IMG/VR virus record: IMGVR_UViG_3300037761_000042
Coordinates: 1 to 58,741 of that record
Reading direction: 5' to 3' (one strand)
Length of the DNA: 58,741 nt
Source of the DNA: a virus
Taxonomy: Duplodnaviria; Caudoviricetes
Position numbers and translations under genes: made by a program. A model generated the notes under the pieces. That model had not been told where the DNA came from. It did not search any database and saw only the letters and a list, made by a program, of their open reading frames with translations. Positions 44,014-52,888 of the stretch are shown piece after piece (positions within the stretch are counted from its first letter, which is position 1; the number at the start of each line of letters is the position of its first letter).

Positions 44014-45152
44014 GGCATATCTTTCAACCAGGACAATACTATATTCTCCTCAACCTTTTCGCATACTGGACAACAATGTTGGTCATATCCTAATTGTTTG
44101 AATAGTGACATTTTATAAATAGGTTTAACGTAATGTTGCTTTAGATTAAATTTTGAGTTTTTATCCATGAACATAACCGCTATTTTGTTTCCCTTAAATG
44201 CGTATCTATAATAACTATGTTCGCAACCTTCTCTAACCTTTACCGGAAAATACTTAGCATATTCCTGTTGTATCTTTATAATACCTGCTAGCTTCTTTAA
44301 TTGTTCCCTTGCTATGGCTGCGGATAATTCTGTCATGCGAAGATTTAAACCAACCAATTTATTTATATCATACCAATTTAAATCATACACACTATTTTCG
44401 CCTATATTATTCATATTTATTCTATCCATATCATTTACAACAGCCTCTGAATGATTCAGTACAAGTCTTAACTTAAAGGCCAATTCATCATCATTAGTAA
44501 CCACTATTCCGCCCTCACCGCACTGAATAGGCTTATGCACATTTAGGGAGTAAACTCCAATATCTCCTAGTGTTCCAGCATATTTACCTTTGTGCCTAGC
44601 TCCAGCTGCCTGAGCTGCGTCCTCTATGACATATATTTTATGCCCGTATTCTTTTCCTTTGCGTTCAGCTAGTGCATTAATAGCATCAGCATTATATGGC
44701 TGTCCAAATATATCTACTACTATAATAGCCTTTGTATGCCTTGTAATTCGTTCCTCAATGGATTTTACATCTAAGCAGTAGTAATCTTCCTCTATATCTG
44801 CAAAAACAGGCTTAGCACCAAAATGAAGTGGTACAGATGCACTACAAGTCATGCTATATGGGGATACAATAACTTCATCAATTTCGTGCATATAATCGTC
44901 ATATACTTGAGTGTATTTAGGTTGCAATCCAACAGTAGCACAAGCAAGCCATAATCCAGATGTAGCCGAATTACAAGCTATTGCATGTTTAACTCCAAAG
45001 TATTCTGCCCATTCCTTCTCAAGTGCCTTTACTTCCTCGCCACCGTAAAATGATTCACTCCAATTACCCTTATACCCCGATAGTGCCGATGGGTTTTCCA
45101 TTGCCCTGTCCATTACTCTTAATACTGCTTCTCTTTCTTCGCTCCCAATCAT
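44010..45152 (-). CDS. DegT/DnrJ/EryC1/StrS PLP aminotransferase (PseC/SpsC-like)
   Basis: NSATSGL, GAKPVFADI, VIEDAAQA.GA, SLNVHK.I..GEGG, G.NLRMTEL.AA. Confidence 0.93.
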   Translation of the reverse strand: MIGSEEREAVLRVMDRAMENPSALSGYKGNWSESFYGGEEVKALEKEWAEYFGVKHAIACNSATSGLWLACATVGLQPKYTQVYDDYMHEIDEVIVSPYSMTCSASVPLHFGAKPVFADIEEDYYCLDVKSIEERITRHTKAIIVVDIFGQPYNADAINALAERKGKEYGHKIYVIEDAAQAAGARHKGKYAGTLGDIGVYSLNVHKPIQCGEGGIVVTNDDELAFKLRLVLNHSEAVVNDMDRINMNNIGENSVYDLNWYDINKLVGLNLRMTELSAAIAREQLKKLAGIIKIQQEYAKYFPVKVREGCEHSYYRYAFKGNKIAVMFMDKNSKFNLKQHYVKPIYKMSLFKQLGYDQHCCPVCEKVEENIVLSWLKDMP

Positions 45153-45154
45153 TA

Positions 45155-45427
45155 TTATTTTTCCCCTTCCATCGGTAATTTAAGTTTTTTTACTGAATTA
45201 TCTATTTTTTCGTACTCTCTTAATTTTGCAACACAGTTTGTGTACCAATTGTTAATTTCAATACAACTAAGACAATATTTCTTGCGTTCTGCATCTTTAT
45301 TATCATATTGATTTTTTTCAGTAACTTCCTCTAGATGTTCACACGTTTTGCAAGGACATTTATCGGATAAATTAATCCCTTCAAACTGTAACCCTCTTTT
45401 AAAAGCCATTTCAAAATTTTTTATCAT
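45155..45427 (-). CDS. Cys-containing hypothetical protein
   Basis: 90 aa; CPC..C, C..C; AAGGAGCGA SD. Confidence 0.55.
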   Translation of the reverse strand: MIKNFEMAFKRGLQFEGINLSDKCPCKTCEHLEEVTEKNQYDNKDAERKKYCLSCIEINNWYTNCVAKLREYEKIDNSVKKLKLPMEGEK

Positions 45428-45429
45428 TT

Positions 45430-46242
45430 TTATTTCGCTCCTTCCATCAATTTATAACATATTTCAAGTGCTTTTAAGGCATCATCTGCTGTACATTTTA
45501 ACGCTTCTTTACCTTCTAGAAAATTATAAGCATTTTCAACTATATACCAATGTGAAAAATTATAATAATCCCATACTTTTTGTTGATGTAGTCTTTCTTC
45601 AGACCAAAAATGTTTATCAAATAAAATTGAAGCCATCCAAACTCTGCCTGACTCATGTCCACAATATTCTATTTTAGTTGGTATTGTTTTATCACCACAA
45701 AACCAATTAAACAAATCAATTCCATGTGTGGCGGTATGCAACCAACCACGATTGAATAATAATTTGCATTGCTTTATCTCTCCAAATAAGCCCATATCAT
45801 AAAACTTTTTTAACTCTTGATAATATGGCAAAAACCTTCTTGTATAATTCACCATTAGAGGTATGTTTTTAGTCTTATACAGCTTAACAATTCCTTTGGC
45901 CTGTTTTAAATCCTCACAAATGGGTTTTTCACATATAACTAATTTTAGATTTTTTTCTGCAAGTTGCCTTAGCATTGGAAAATGATGGTTGTCCGGTGTT
46001 GCTACAACTGCAATATCAAAAGATTCCTTACATTCTTTTAAGGTCTTATATGTATTAATTCCATAATGCTTTTCTGCAAGCTTTCTCTTTTCTTCGTCTG
46101 GATCGCATGCTCCAATAATTTCAAATCCTTCGTGAATCAAAAATGCTTTGCAATATGAAATTATTTTATTCTCATTTTCGCTTTTTGGTAGGTCTGCTAT
46201 TAGTCCTTGACCGCCCAACCCTATTATCAACACTTTGAACAT
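45430..46242 (-). CDS. Gfo/Idh/MocA-family NAD(P) oxidoreductase
   Basis: IIGLGGQG, VATPD..H, ICEKP, VNYTRRF, H..D. Confidence 0.9.
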   Translation of the reverse strand: MFKVLIIGLGGQGLIADLPKSENENKIISYCKAFLIHEGFEIIGACDPDEEKRKLAEKHYGINTYKTLKECKESFDIAVVATPDNHHFPMLRQLAEKNLKLVICEKPICEDLKQAKGIVKLYKTKNIPLMVNYTRRFLPYYQELKKFYDMGLFGEIKQCKLLFNRGWLHTATHGIDLFNWFCGDKTIPTKIEYCGHESGRVWMASILFDKHFWSEERLHQQKVWDYYNFSHWYIVENAYNFLEGKEALKCTADDALKALEICYKLMEGAK

Positions 46243-47038
46243 TTTGTTTTGCTCCTTCATTTTTATGTGTAGAATACCAGTCTTCAAGTTCTTTGAAGTA
46301 ATCTTTGCGAACTATTTTGCTTACTTTTTCATATTCTACTGGATATTCATTTATCAGGTTTATTACTTGCTGACAAGTCAATGCTAGGTTATAGCCTTGA
46401 GATTCAAAGCTATATATCCATTTAATTAGCTCGTAATCTTCTATTGTGTCTAGCGTAATGTCCAAATCGGGTCTAAATTCTTCACATGGTGCGTCCCAAT
46501 TTTGTACTTTGTAATTTTGCTTAAATTTTGGGTTAAGGTACATTGCAGTTGAAACATGTTGGCGATCAATGCTATTGTCAACCTCATTATTTACTCTCTC
46601 AAGTGCTTCTCGGTTAAACACCCTAATATCAAAGCCCCTTGGAAAGGTTCTTGATATGATATTGCTTGTCATATCGCAATCACTGTTTAAATGCATATTT
46701 ACAAGCGTGTCAATGTGGGCATAATCGATTAGTGAACAATCGGCAGTTATTTCACATATAACATCGACATTATATTGTCTAGCCGCGTTTAATACCCTAT
46801 CCAATACATCTTCTTCGCTACCTCTAAAATAATTACAACCTAGACTTTCACACAGGCTTATAATTGCATCGTCTGCTGGGTTAGTTGTACAGGCTACTAT
46901 TACATCATTAAGGGTTTTTGCGGCCTTTACACGTTCTATTACACGTTGTAACGCTGGCTTGTTTGCAATATCAATAAGTGCTTTTCCCGGAAGTCGTGAG
47001 CTAGTTTGTCGGGCTTGTATTATCGCTGATACTTTCAT
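46172..47038 (-). CDS. SpsF/PseF-family cytidylyltransferase (CMP-nonulosonate synthetase)
   Basis: IIQAR..SSRLPGK.L, FRGSEEDVL.R, ITADC.LID, R.HV, TLDT.EDY. Confidence 0.9.
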   Translation of the reverse strand: MKVSAIIQARQTSSRLPGKALIDIANKPALQRVIERVKAAKTLNDVIVACTTNPADDAIISLCESLGCNYFRGSEEDVLDRVLNAARQYNVDVICEITADCSLIDYAHIDTLVNMHLNSDCDMTSNIISRTFPRGFDIRVFNREALERVNNEVDNSIDRQHVSTAMYLNPKFKQNYKVQNWDAPCEEFRPDLDITLDTIEDYELIKWIYSFESQGYNLALTCQQVINLINEYPVEYEKVSKIVRKDYFKELEDWYSTHKNEGAKQNVQSVDNRVGRSRTNSRPTKKRK

Positions 47039-47922
47039 ATTCCTTCGCTCCTTATTTTTAGACATTCCAATGTTTTTAAATCATCTATACTTGGAATAAC
47101 TTTACAATATAGTCCATTCCAATTAAACTCTGTTGCACCTCGCAAATATTTATTGATGAATATTAAATCTTCATTTGTAGTCGCATTAGGTTTTCGTTTA
47201 GAATGCTCGCTAACCCAATGTTTTAATGCCAATTTTCGATTTTTCCCTTGTGGAATATTTCTAAGTTTAAATAATTCCTTTAAACTTGTTGGATAAATTT
47301 GAATTTTTATTCCAATTACATCATCTATATCTTTTAAATATACATTCCAATGTTTGTTATTAAATAAAGCTATATTTGCTAATGCCCATATAACTTCTTC
47401 CATCCAAGCGTTTGGGCTCAAATTATTATTTAATAATTCAAAATAATCAGCATGCAAAACATAAAACGCTTTTACATATTGAGGATTATCATTTAAAAAA
47501 ACGATTTCATGACATAAAATATTAGTCGAGAATCTCTTGATTCTTCCTCTTGTCTCTTTTGGGTTTGCCCATCTTAATCTCTGTAATAAATAATTATCAG
47601 TAGAAACATGAGAATATCCTATTGTTTCATCTGAAATAACTTTAAAATCAAAATTACTATCAAGTTTTTTAAATAGTTCTACTAAATTTTTTTCTGTTTC
47701 AAAAGATTCATTTACTTGACTTATTTGTTTACCTTTACAAAATGGAATTGCTCCATCAAATTTTTTTATCAAATTTATACAATTATTTGGTGGATTGTTT
47801 ATATAATCTAACATCTCAAATGTTTGCATTTCAAATTGTGAAGGTTCATAAAATTCCTTTAAGCATTTTTTATTTGTGCATTTTCCATCAATAACTAATG
47901 ACCCACAATCACAAAATTTCAT
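47035..47922 (-). CDS. Hypothetical protein
   Basis: 295 aa; N-terminal C.CGS....C...C; no family recognised. Confidence 0.7.
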   Translation of the reverse strand: MKFCDCGSLVIDGKCTNKKCLKEFYEPSQFEMQTFEMLDYINNPPNNCINLIKKFDGAIPFCKGKQISQVNESFETEKNLVELFKKLDSNFDFKVISDETIGYSHVSTDNYLLQRLRWANPKETRGRIKRFSTNILCHEIVFLNDNPQYVKAFYVLHADYFELLNNNLSPNAWMEEVIWALANIALFNNKHWNVYLKDIDDVIGIKIQIYPTSLKELFKLRNIPQGKNRKLALKHWVSEHSKRKPNATTNEDLIFINKYLRGATEFNWNGLYCKVIPSIDDLKTLECLKIRSEGI

Positions 47923-47989
47923 AATTTAATTTGCTCCTTGTATTATTATTTTTAGGCATAATAAAAGGACGTTTTCACGTCCTAGTTAT

Positions 47990-49177
47990 TCAGATAAATA
48001 AATCTTTGTTTTCATTAATAAAACTATCATAAATCCGTTTGTATTCCTCAGGCTCCTTAATCCACATAGCCGAATGATATTCATTGTATTTATAATGTGA
48101 ATCAGCACCATGTTCTGCCCATTCAGAAAGCGAATTAGGCTCTTTGTAGCCGTATTCCTTTGCAATATCGCACATTGCAGTACCGGGAAGAGGCATAAAA
48201 AATGTTGTACTTATATAAAAATTAGGATTAATGGCTTTAATATCTTTTATGTAGGCTATCGTCTGCTTTATATCCTCTGGACTTTCTCCAGGAGTTCCAA
48301 AAATCACACCTGAGCACATTTTTATAGGATATCGGTTCATTATCTCAGCACACTTTTTATAGTTCTCAAGGTGGTTTTTGCCCTTTTTCATGCGCTCAGC
48401 TACTGCTGGACTTCCTGTTTCAAGTCCTATTGTCAATTGTTTAAGTCCGCTATCTACTATTTCGTCAAGCATATCTTTAGGCATTCGACATATTTCATCT
48501 GCCCTGCTGTCTGCTATCCATTGTAAGTTATGCTTTTTCATTAACTTTGATATAAACAATGCTCTATCTGGTTTTGTAAAGACAGTGGCATCAAACATCA
48601 CGCATTCTTTCCATCGATACTGTGACATAAGATAATCAATATCTTTTTCTACTCTCTCAAGTGGTAGAAATTTTATCTTACGCTTTGGAACTGTCGAACA
48701 AAATGTGCAATTGCCTACACACCCATAACTGCTTACATATATGAATCTTTTAGTCTCTGGATTAATATACTTTTCTATATCAATTAACCAAAATGGTATG
48801 GGATTTTCTCCTGTGTCTGTATCTCCTTGTATTACTGCATCTACTACACCAGAATCCAGTGTCTGTTCTGGTAAAATTGTTACATGTGGCCCTGCCCAAA
48901 CTACTTGAACATGTGGAAATCTTTTTTTAATCCATTTTGATATTTTATAAGCTTGTGTTAATTGGTACCCTGTGTAAACAGAACAAATAAAAAAATTAGC
49001 CTTGTATAATTCTTTGGCTAATCTAATATAGCACCCTTTATCTACTCTTTGATCTATTACGACTATATTCTCTTTCTTTGCTGCCATGTTTGTAGCGCCA
49101 GCTAAAAGAGATATAGGCATGTAATGGTAATCTTTATGTGGCTCAAGTTTCGGGTAAAATAGTATTGTTTTGTTCAT
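47990..49177 (-). CDS. B12-binding radical SAM enzyme (class B methyltransferase-like)
   Basis: VVWAGPHVT..P (B12 domain), S.GCVGNCTFC (CxxxCxxC), IGLETGS, I.G.PGE, F.PLPGT. Confidence 0.88.
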   Translation of the reverse strand: MNKTILFYPKLEPHKDYHYMPISLLAGATNMAAKKENIVVIDQRVDKGCYIRLAKELYKANFFICSVYTGYQLTQAYKISKWIKKRFPHVQVVWAGPHVTILPEQTLDSGVVDAVIQGDTDTGENPIPFWLIDIEKYINPETKRFIYVSSYGCVGNCTFCSTVPKRKIKFLPLERVEKDIDYLMSQYRWKECVMFDATVFTKPDRALFISKLMKKHNLQWIADSRADEICRMPKDMLDEIVDSGLKQLTIGLETGSPAVAERMKKGKNHLENYKKCAEIMNRYPIKMCSGVIFGTPGESPEDIKQTIAYIKDIKAINPNFYISTTFFMPLPGTAMCDIAKEYGYKEPNSLSEWAEHGADSHYKYNEYHSAMWIKEPEEYKRIYDSFINENKDLFI

Positions 49178-50003
49178 ATTCAGCTCCAATATAATTATTT
49201 ATTCTGTTTAACATAGTCTTCTTAAAATAATCTTTGTCAAAAAAATACTCTGATATAGGATTAATAACTATATCCCCACCAAATCCACGTTTAAAAAGGC
49301 TTATATTGCGTTCCTTTGCTGTTGGCTGTATAAATAGACTGTTATAATCTTGGCTGCCTAATTCATAGGTTTTAATTCCTTTTTGACGCAATATATCAAA
49401 TGCTATTGATTGCAGATAATGCGCTACATTGTATTGCTTGTATTCTTCAAATGTTGCGCCCATAAAATAATAAGCCCATTCGCCATAATGCAGCAAGTAA
49501 ACATATCCTGCCGTATTGCCTTGATATGTTGCTTTTAATAATGTTCCATATCCTAGTTCTTGCCATTTGCTTAATATTCGGAATGTTTCATCTGGTCTTG
49601 TTGCCTTTCCAGCTATTTTGAAATAATCTTTTTGAAAACGCATATTTACGTTAGATATCTCATAATCAAGATATTTTTGTCCTATTTTGATAGCTGCTCT
49701 GTGCCCCTTGCTAGGTTTAATATTATCCAAATCTAATATGCAAGTATAGCCGCTAATGTTTAAATAACTTTTTATCTGTGAATTAACCTGTATACGCTTG
49801 ATATTATATTGCTGTGCTAGTTCCTTGATATGCTGCAATATTTTTTTATCATCATCAAATCCTGGTGAGTAAAACTCTTGTCCCTCTTGGACTAATGGTA
49901 TAAATTTATTGCTCATAAAAAAAGAATGGTCTATTATTTCCACTCCAATTTTGCTATTTAATAAATAATTTAACCATTCTTCTGTTTCCCAAAATCGCTC
50001 CAT
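49143..50003 (-). CDS. GNAT/FemAB-like acyl- or aminoacyltransferase
   Basis: T.ILDL, AYY..GA, A...L...G...YELG, ISLFKRGFGG. Confidence 0.75.
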   Translation of the reverse strand: MERFWETEEWLNYLLNSKIGVEIIDHSFFMSNKFIPLVQEGQEFYSPGFDDDKKILQHIKELAQQYNIKRIQVNSQIKSYLNISGYTCILDLDNIKPSKGHRAAIKIGQKYLDYEISNVNMRFQKDYFKIAGKATRPDETFRILSKWQELGYGTLLKATYQGNTAGYVYLLHYGEWAYYFMGATFEEYKQYNVAHYLQSIAFDILRQKGIKTYELGSQDYNSLFIQPTAKERNISLFKRGFGGDIVINPISEYFFDKDYFKKTMLNRINNYIGAEYEQNNTILPET

Positions 50004-50033
50004 AATGTACCCTCTATTTTTATTTAAGCAGAT

Positions 50034-50074
50034 AAAAAAGCCTAACCGATATTGCTATAGATTCGGCTAGGCTT
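50034..50074 (-). terminator. Terminator-like hairpin in the late-operon leader
   Basis: AAGCCUAGCCGA/UCGGUUAGGCUU followed by a U-tract. Confidence 0.65.
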
Positions 50075-50125
50075 AAACGCAAATTATAATCTGCTTTGGC
50101 GTTTAGATATACTTTTATTACCCTT

Positions 50126-50160
50126 ATTATAACATATTGACAAGCTTCATTCAGCATCAA
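50126..50160 (-). promoter_or_regulatory. Candidate late promoter
   Basis: Extended -10 TGTTATAAT (50134 to 50126) without a consensus -35; upstream of the whole sugar/packaging operon. Confidence 0.5.
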
Positions 50161-50193
50161 CCGTAACTATTTCAAACTTTATAAAAATATTTT

Positions 50194-50232
50194 AAAATAA
50201 GTGTTGACATGTACGGATAATGTGTGTACAAT
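50194..50232 (+). promoter_or_regulatory. Sigma-A promoter of counter-strand cassette 2
   Basis: AAAATAAGTG-TTGACA-17 bp-TACAAT. Confidence 0.75.
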
Positions 50233-50276
50233 AGAATTATGGAACACACGATAACGAGTTAAAAGGAGATATTAAA

Positions 50277-50513
50277 ATGAGAGTAAATGAGATTAAAAGT
50301 AAATTAGACTTGGTACAGTACGTTAAAGAGCAAATAAATATAGAAATATCGAATGATAACGGAACTTTTAATAATAAGAAAGGCATATTGTACACCAAAA
50401 TACCAGACAAGAAAGAAAGATTGGTTTTATCTCTATTATGTAGTCATAATTTTAGAGTTGAAGAACATCACAATAATTGTTACTGGATATATATAAAAAG
50501 GAGGGTTGCATAA
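50277..50513 (+). CDS. Hypothetical protein
   Basis: 78 aa with SD AAGGAG. Confidence 0.65.
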   Translation: MRVNEIKSKLDLVQYVKEQINIEISNDNGTFNNKKGILYTKIPDKKERLVLSLLCSHNFRVEEHHNNCYWIYIKRRVA

Positions 50514-50514
50514 A

Positions 50515-50670
50515 ATGCCTCGTATAGATATAAGGTTATCGGAAGAAGAAAAGCATCAAGCGCAGAAGCAAGCTAGTAAATTAGGGCTAAATGTAAGTGA
50601 GTACATCAAGCTAATAGTAAAGCTCGATGCAGCAACAAAAATTATCAGCAAATTAAAAGATGAAAAATAA
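50515..50670 (+). CDS. Ribbon-helix-helix regulator (51 aa)
   Basis: MPRIDIRLSEEEKHQAQKQASKLGLNVSEYIKL. Confidence 0.75.
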   Translation: MPRIDIRLSEEEKHQAQKQASKLGLNVSEYIKLIVKLDAATKIISKLKDEK

Positions 50671-50716
50671 GTGTTGACAAGTGTAGACACATGTTGTAAC
50701 ATATAGACATAGACAG
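50664..50716 (+). promoter_or_regulatory. Sigma-A promoter of cassette 3 with TAGACA repeats
   Basis: Same 16-bp AAAATAAGTGTTGACA, then 17 bp and TAACAT; three TAGACA copies. Confidence 0.65.
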
Positions 50717-50750
50717 CGAAACACAAATAAAAATTAGGAGGACAACGAAC

Positions 50751-51047
50751 ATGAAGAATTTATTAGGAACTGAAAAACAAATAGCTTGGGCTACTGAAAT
50801 TAGAGAAACAACTACGGCTTGGATAAATAAAGGAATAGAAAAAGCAACTCCTAATTTTACAGAAAGTAATTTAATAACATTAGAAACTATAAAAGCTGAT
50901 ATGAATAATAATTCAGCATCATACTGGATTGAAAACTTCAAAGGAATTAAAGAAGATAACTTAAAGCCACTTTTCACATATTTAAACAACGCAAAAGTAT
51001 GCGGTCGTAAAATCGGAATGGCAATAAACGAGATAAGATTAGTTTAA
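50751..51047 (+). CDS. Hypothetical protein with GTEKQIAWA..IR motif
   Basis: 98 aa with SD AGGAGG. Confidence 0.75.
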   Translation: MKNLLGTEKQIAWATEIRETTTAWINKGIEKATPNFTESNLITLETIKADMNNNSASYWIENFKGIKEDNLKPLFTYLNNAKVCGRKIGMAINEIRLV

Positions 51048-51095
51048 CATTATTAGCTGCCCATATCGGCTACACGGTGGAGAATAGAGGTTATT

Positions 51096-51311
51096 ATGAA
51101 TAAATTTTACACAGTTGGTCTTAATCAAACTCCAAAGAACAATATTGAAGAGATGAAGAAACTAGTCAAAGCTGCTACTAAGTACGATTTAAATCAAATT
51201 TCCATTGATGCCTACACTGAAAGCTTTATAGATTACAGTATATATAAAAATCAAGTTAACGATAAAAGATTAGGTATCCCTGCAATTGTAAGTGGAAGGT
51301 TAGAGGTCTAA
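51096..51311 (+). CDS. Hypothetical protein
   Basis: 71 aa with SD GAGGT. Confidence 0.6.
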   Translation: MNKFYTVGLNQTPKNNIEEMKKLVKAATKYDLNQISIDAYTESFIDYSIYKNQVNDKRLGIPAIVSGRLEV

Positions 51312-51312
51312 T

Positions 51313-51480
51313 ATGGCTAAAACTACAGCAAACAAAACAATGATAAACCCATACTTGCCTAACGAACTATACGACATAATCCGCACTGAATTTGAAACAA
51401 CAGGTATGCCAATATCAAGAATCGTTGAAAGGCTGTTAAGAAAAGGAATTGCAGCAGAAAAATTGAAGGAGGAAAAATAA
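51313..51480 (+). CDS. Probable ribbon-helix-helix regulator (55 aa)
   Basis: TMINPYLPNELYDIIRTEFETTGMPISRIVERLLRKG. Confidence 0.65.
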   Translation: MAKTTANKTMINPYLPNELYDIIRTEFETTGMPISRIVERLLRKGIAAEKLKEEK

Positions 51481-51481
51481 G

Positions 51482-51688
51482 ATGAAAAATGAAAAATTAA
51501 CTCAAAAAGCAAAGGTTGTAAAGGCTTACGAAAAGTTCTGTCCGCAAAAGTTAGTAGGTTACGTAACACAAGTTGTTGGCTATAAGACTTGCGAAGATTG
51601 GAACTACAATGATTTAGCGGATGAATTTGGTTTTGGTTACATGATGTACTGGGATGAAAAATTACAAAAATTAAGAAATTCTAATTAA
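51482..51688 (+). CDS. Hypothetical protein
   Basis: 68 aa with SD AAGGAGG. Confidence 0.65.
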   Translation: MKNEKLTQKAKVVKAYEKFCPQKLVGYVTQVVGYKTCEDWNYNDLADEFGFGYMMYWDEKLQKLRNSN

Positions 51689-51701
51689 ATTCAAACACTC
51701 C

Positions 51702-51730
51702 AAAAGCCCCACGCAATGTAGGGCTTTTTT
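51702..51730. terminator. Bidirectional terminator
   Basis: AAAAGCCCCAC-loop-GTAGGGCTTTTTT between convergent genes. Confidence 0.75.
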
Positions 51731-51733
51731 ATT

Positions 51734-52183
51734 TTAGTCTATTTTGTTTCTTTCTTCCCAATCTTTAAACTTTCTTTGCACTGTGCTTCGGCTCATATAC
51801 AATTCCTTTGCAATTTCTTCTTCTGTCTTACAATCCACATATTTGTATATCAGTATCAGCCTAATGGTACCGTCCGGGATTGATTCTATGTATCCATACA
51901 CTTTATTTAAATATGCTGTTAAGTCTCCCATTCTTTTGCTGAGCCGATCCGCCAAATCATTTCTTTTCTTCAAACAATTTTCGTCGAGTTGTTCAAACCC
52001 TTCGATTTTAAATGATCTTGTACTGTATGGGAAATGCGCAGAACTCCCAATAACCTTATCTGTTACAATATTATCTGTGTGCGTATAATCACCGTTGTAC
52101 AGGTCTTGAATCTTTTTACGCAATAGATTAATTTCTTTGGTTAAAACCTTGATTTTGCTAAGTTCTTCCTTAGTCATAGACAC
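51734..52183 (-). CDS. Late transcriptional activator (RinA/ArpU-like, sigma r4 HTH)
   Basis: VTDKVIGS...FPY, YIESIPD..IRLIL..KYVD..T.EEIA.EL.MSRSTV.RK. Confidence 0.8.
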   Translation of the reverse strand: MSMTKEELSKIKVLTKEINLLRKKIQDLYNGDYTHTDNIVTDKVIGSSAHFPYSTRSFKIEGFEQLDENCLKKRNDLADRLSKRMGDLTAYLNKVYGYIESIPDGTIRLILIYKYVDCKTEEEIAKELYMSRSTVQRKFKDWEERNKID

Positions 52184-52205
52184 CCACTTTCTATATAAAT
52201 TACAG

Positions 52206-52430
52206 CTAATCTATAGTTTCAAAACACTCCTTAAACATTTTCTTTGGTATTTCTATCCACTCATTAGAGTCGTTTGTTAGCCTAACATCTCCACCAATTA
52301 ACCTAAAATCATCATCTTCTATATCCCATATTGTAAACTCGTCTACTAAAAAATCTTCATTTTCAACTGTAAACCCATCATCGTCGTGAACTCCAACCGA
52401 AAATCCATTAATACACATTGCTTTACTCAT
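52206..52430 (-). CDS. Acidic hypothetical protein
   Basis: 74 aa with SD GAGGAGG. Confidence 0.6.
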   Translation of the reverse strand: MSKAMCINGFSVGVHDDDGFTVENEDFLVDEFTIWDIEDDDFRLIGGDVRLTNDSNEWIEIPKKMFKECFETID

Positions 52431-52519
52431 CTGTATTTCCTCCTCGTCTTATACTGCTTGAAATATATTTTATAGTCCATTAGTCCTCCCTAATTCCCCC
52501 GAATTCGAGGGTTTTAACT

Positions 52520-52888
52520 TTACACAAACGCCTTTTCAACACTCTCCAAACTTCTCTCCAATATCTGAGCTATCTCAACTTTACTGTCACCTTTACTATG
52601 CCATAACCGTATTAAATACCCTGTTTCTTTTGTGTACGGTCTGTCATATCCATTTTTCTGTTCTTTTGTTCCTAGCGGCTGGCCTTTCCTAGCTTCATAT
52701 GTGCATTCTGGACTACAATATTTTCTAACATCTGAATTAACTTGCTTTATCTCTTTGCCACACAGCTCACATTTAACTATGCTAGTACTTTTACTTCTGT
52801 CTTTTTTATAGCACTCTGGGCTGCAGAACTCTTTTTGTTTGCTCGTTAGTGGCATACCGCATATTTTACATTTTCCGTAATATTTCAA
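52520..52888 (-). CDS. Protein with two CxxC...[F/Y]CSxxC Zn fingers and an HTH
   Basis: CKICG...FCSPEC, CELCG...YCSPEC, EIAQILERS. Confidence 0.7.
   Translation of the reverse strand: MKYYGKCKICGMPLTSKQKEFCSPECYKKDRSKSTSIVKCELCGKEIKQVNSDVRKYCSPECTYEARKGQPLGTKEQKNGYDRPYTKETGYLIRLWHSKGDSKVEIAQILERSLESVEKAFV

Noticed and set aside
35681-50003. DNA hypermodification or capsule/EPS locus
   Set aside because: No base hydroxymethylase or DNA glycosyltransferase and no Wzx/Wzy/initiating transferase recognised; position is late and the only sugar transferase is Maf-type. Down-weighted, not formally excluded
50645-51569. Minus-strand ORFs 50645..50989 and 51300..51569
   Set aside because: They overlap + strand genes that have clear promoters, SDs and tight coupling
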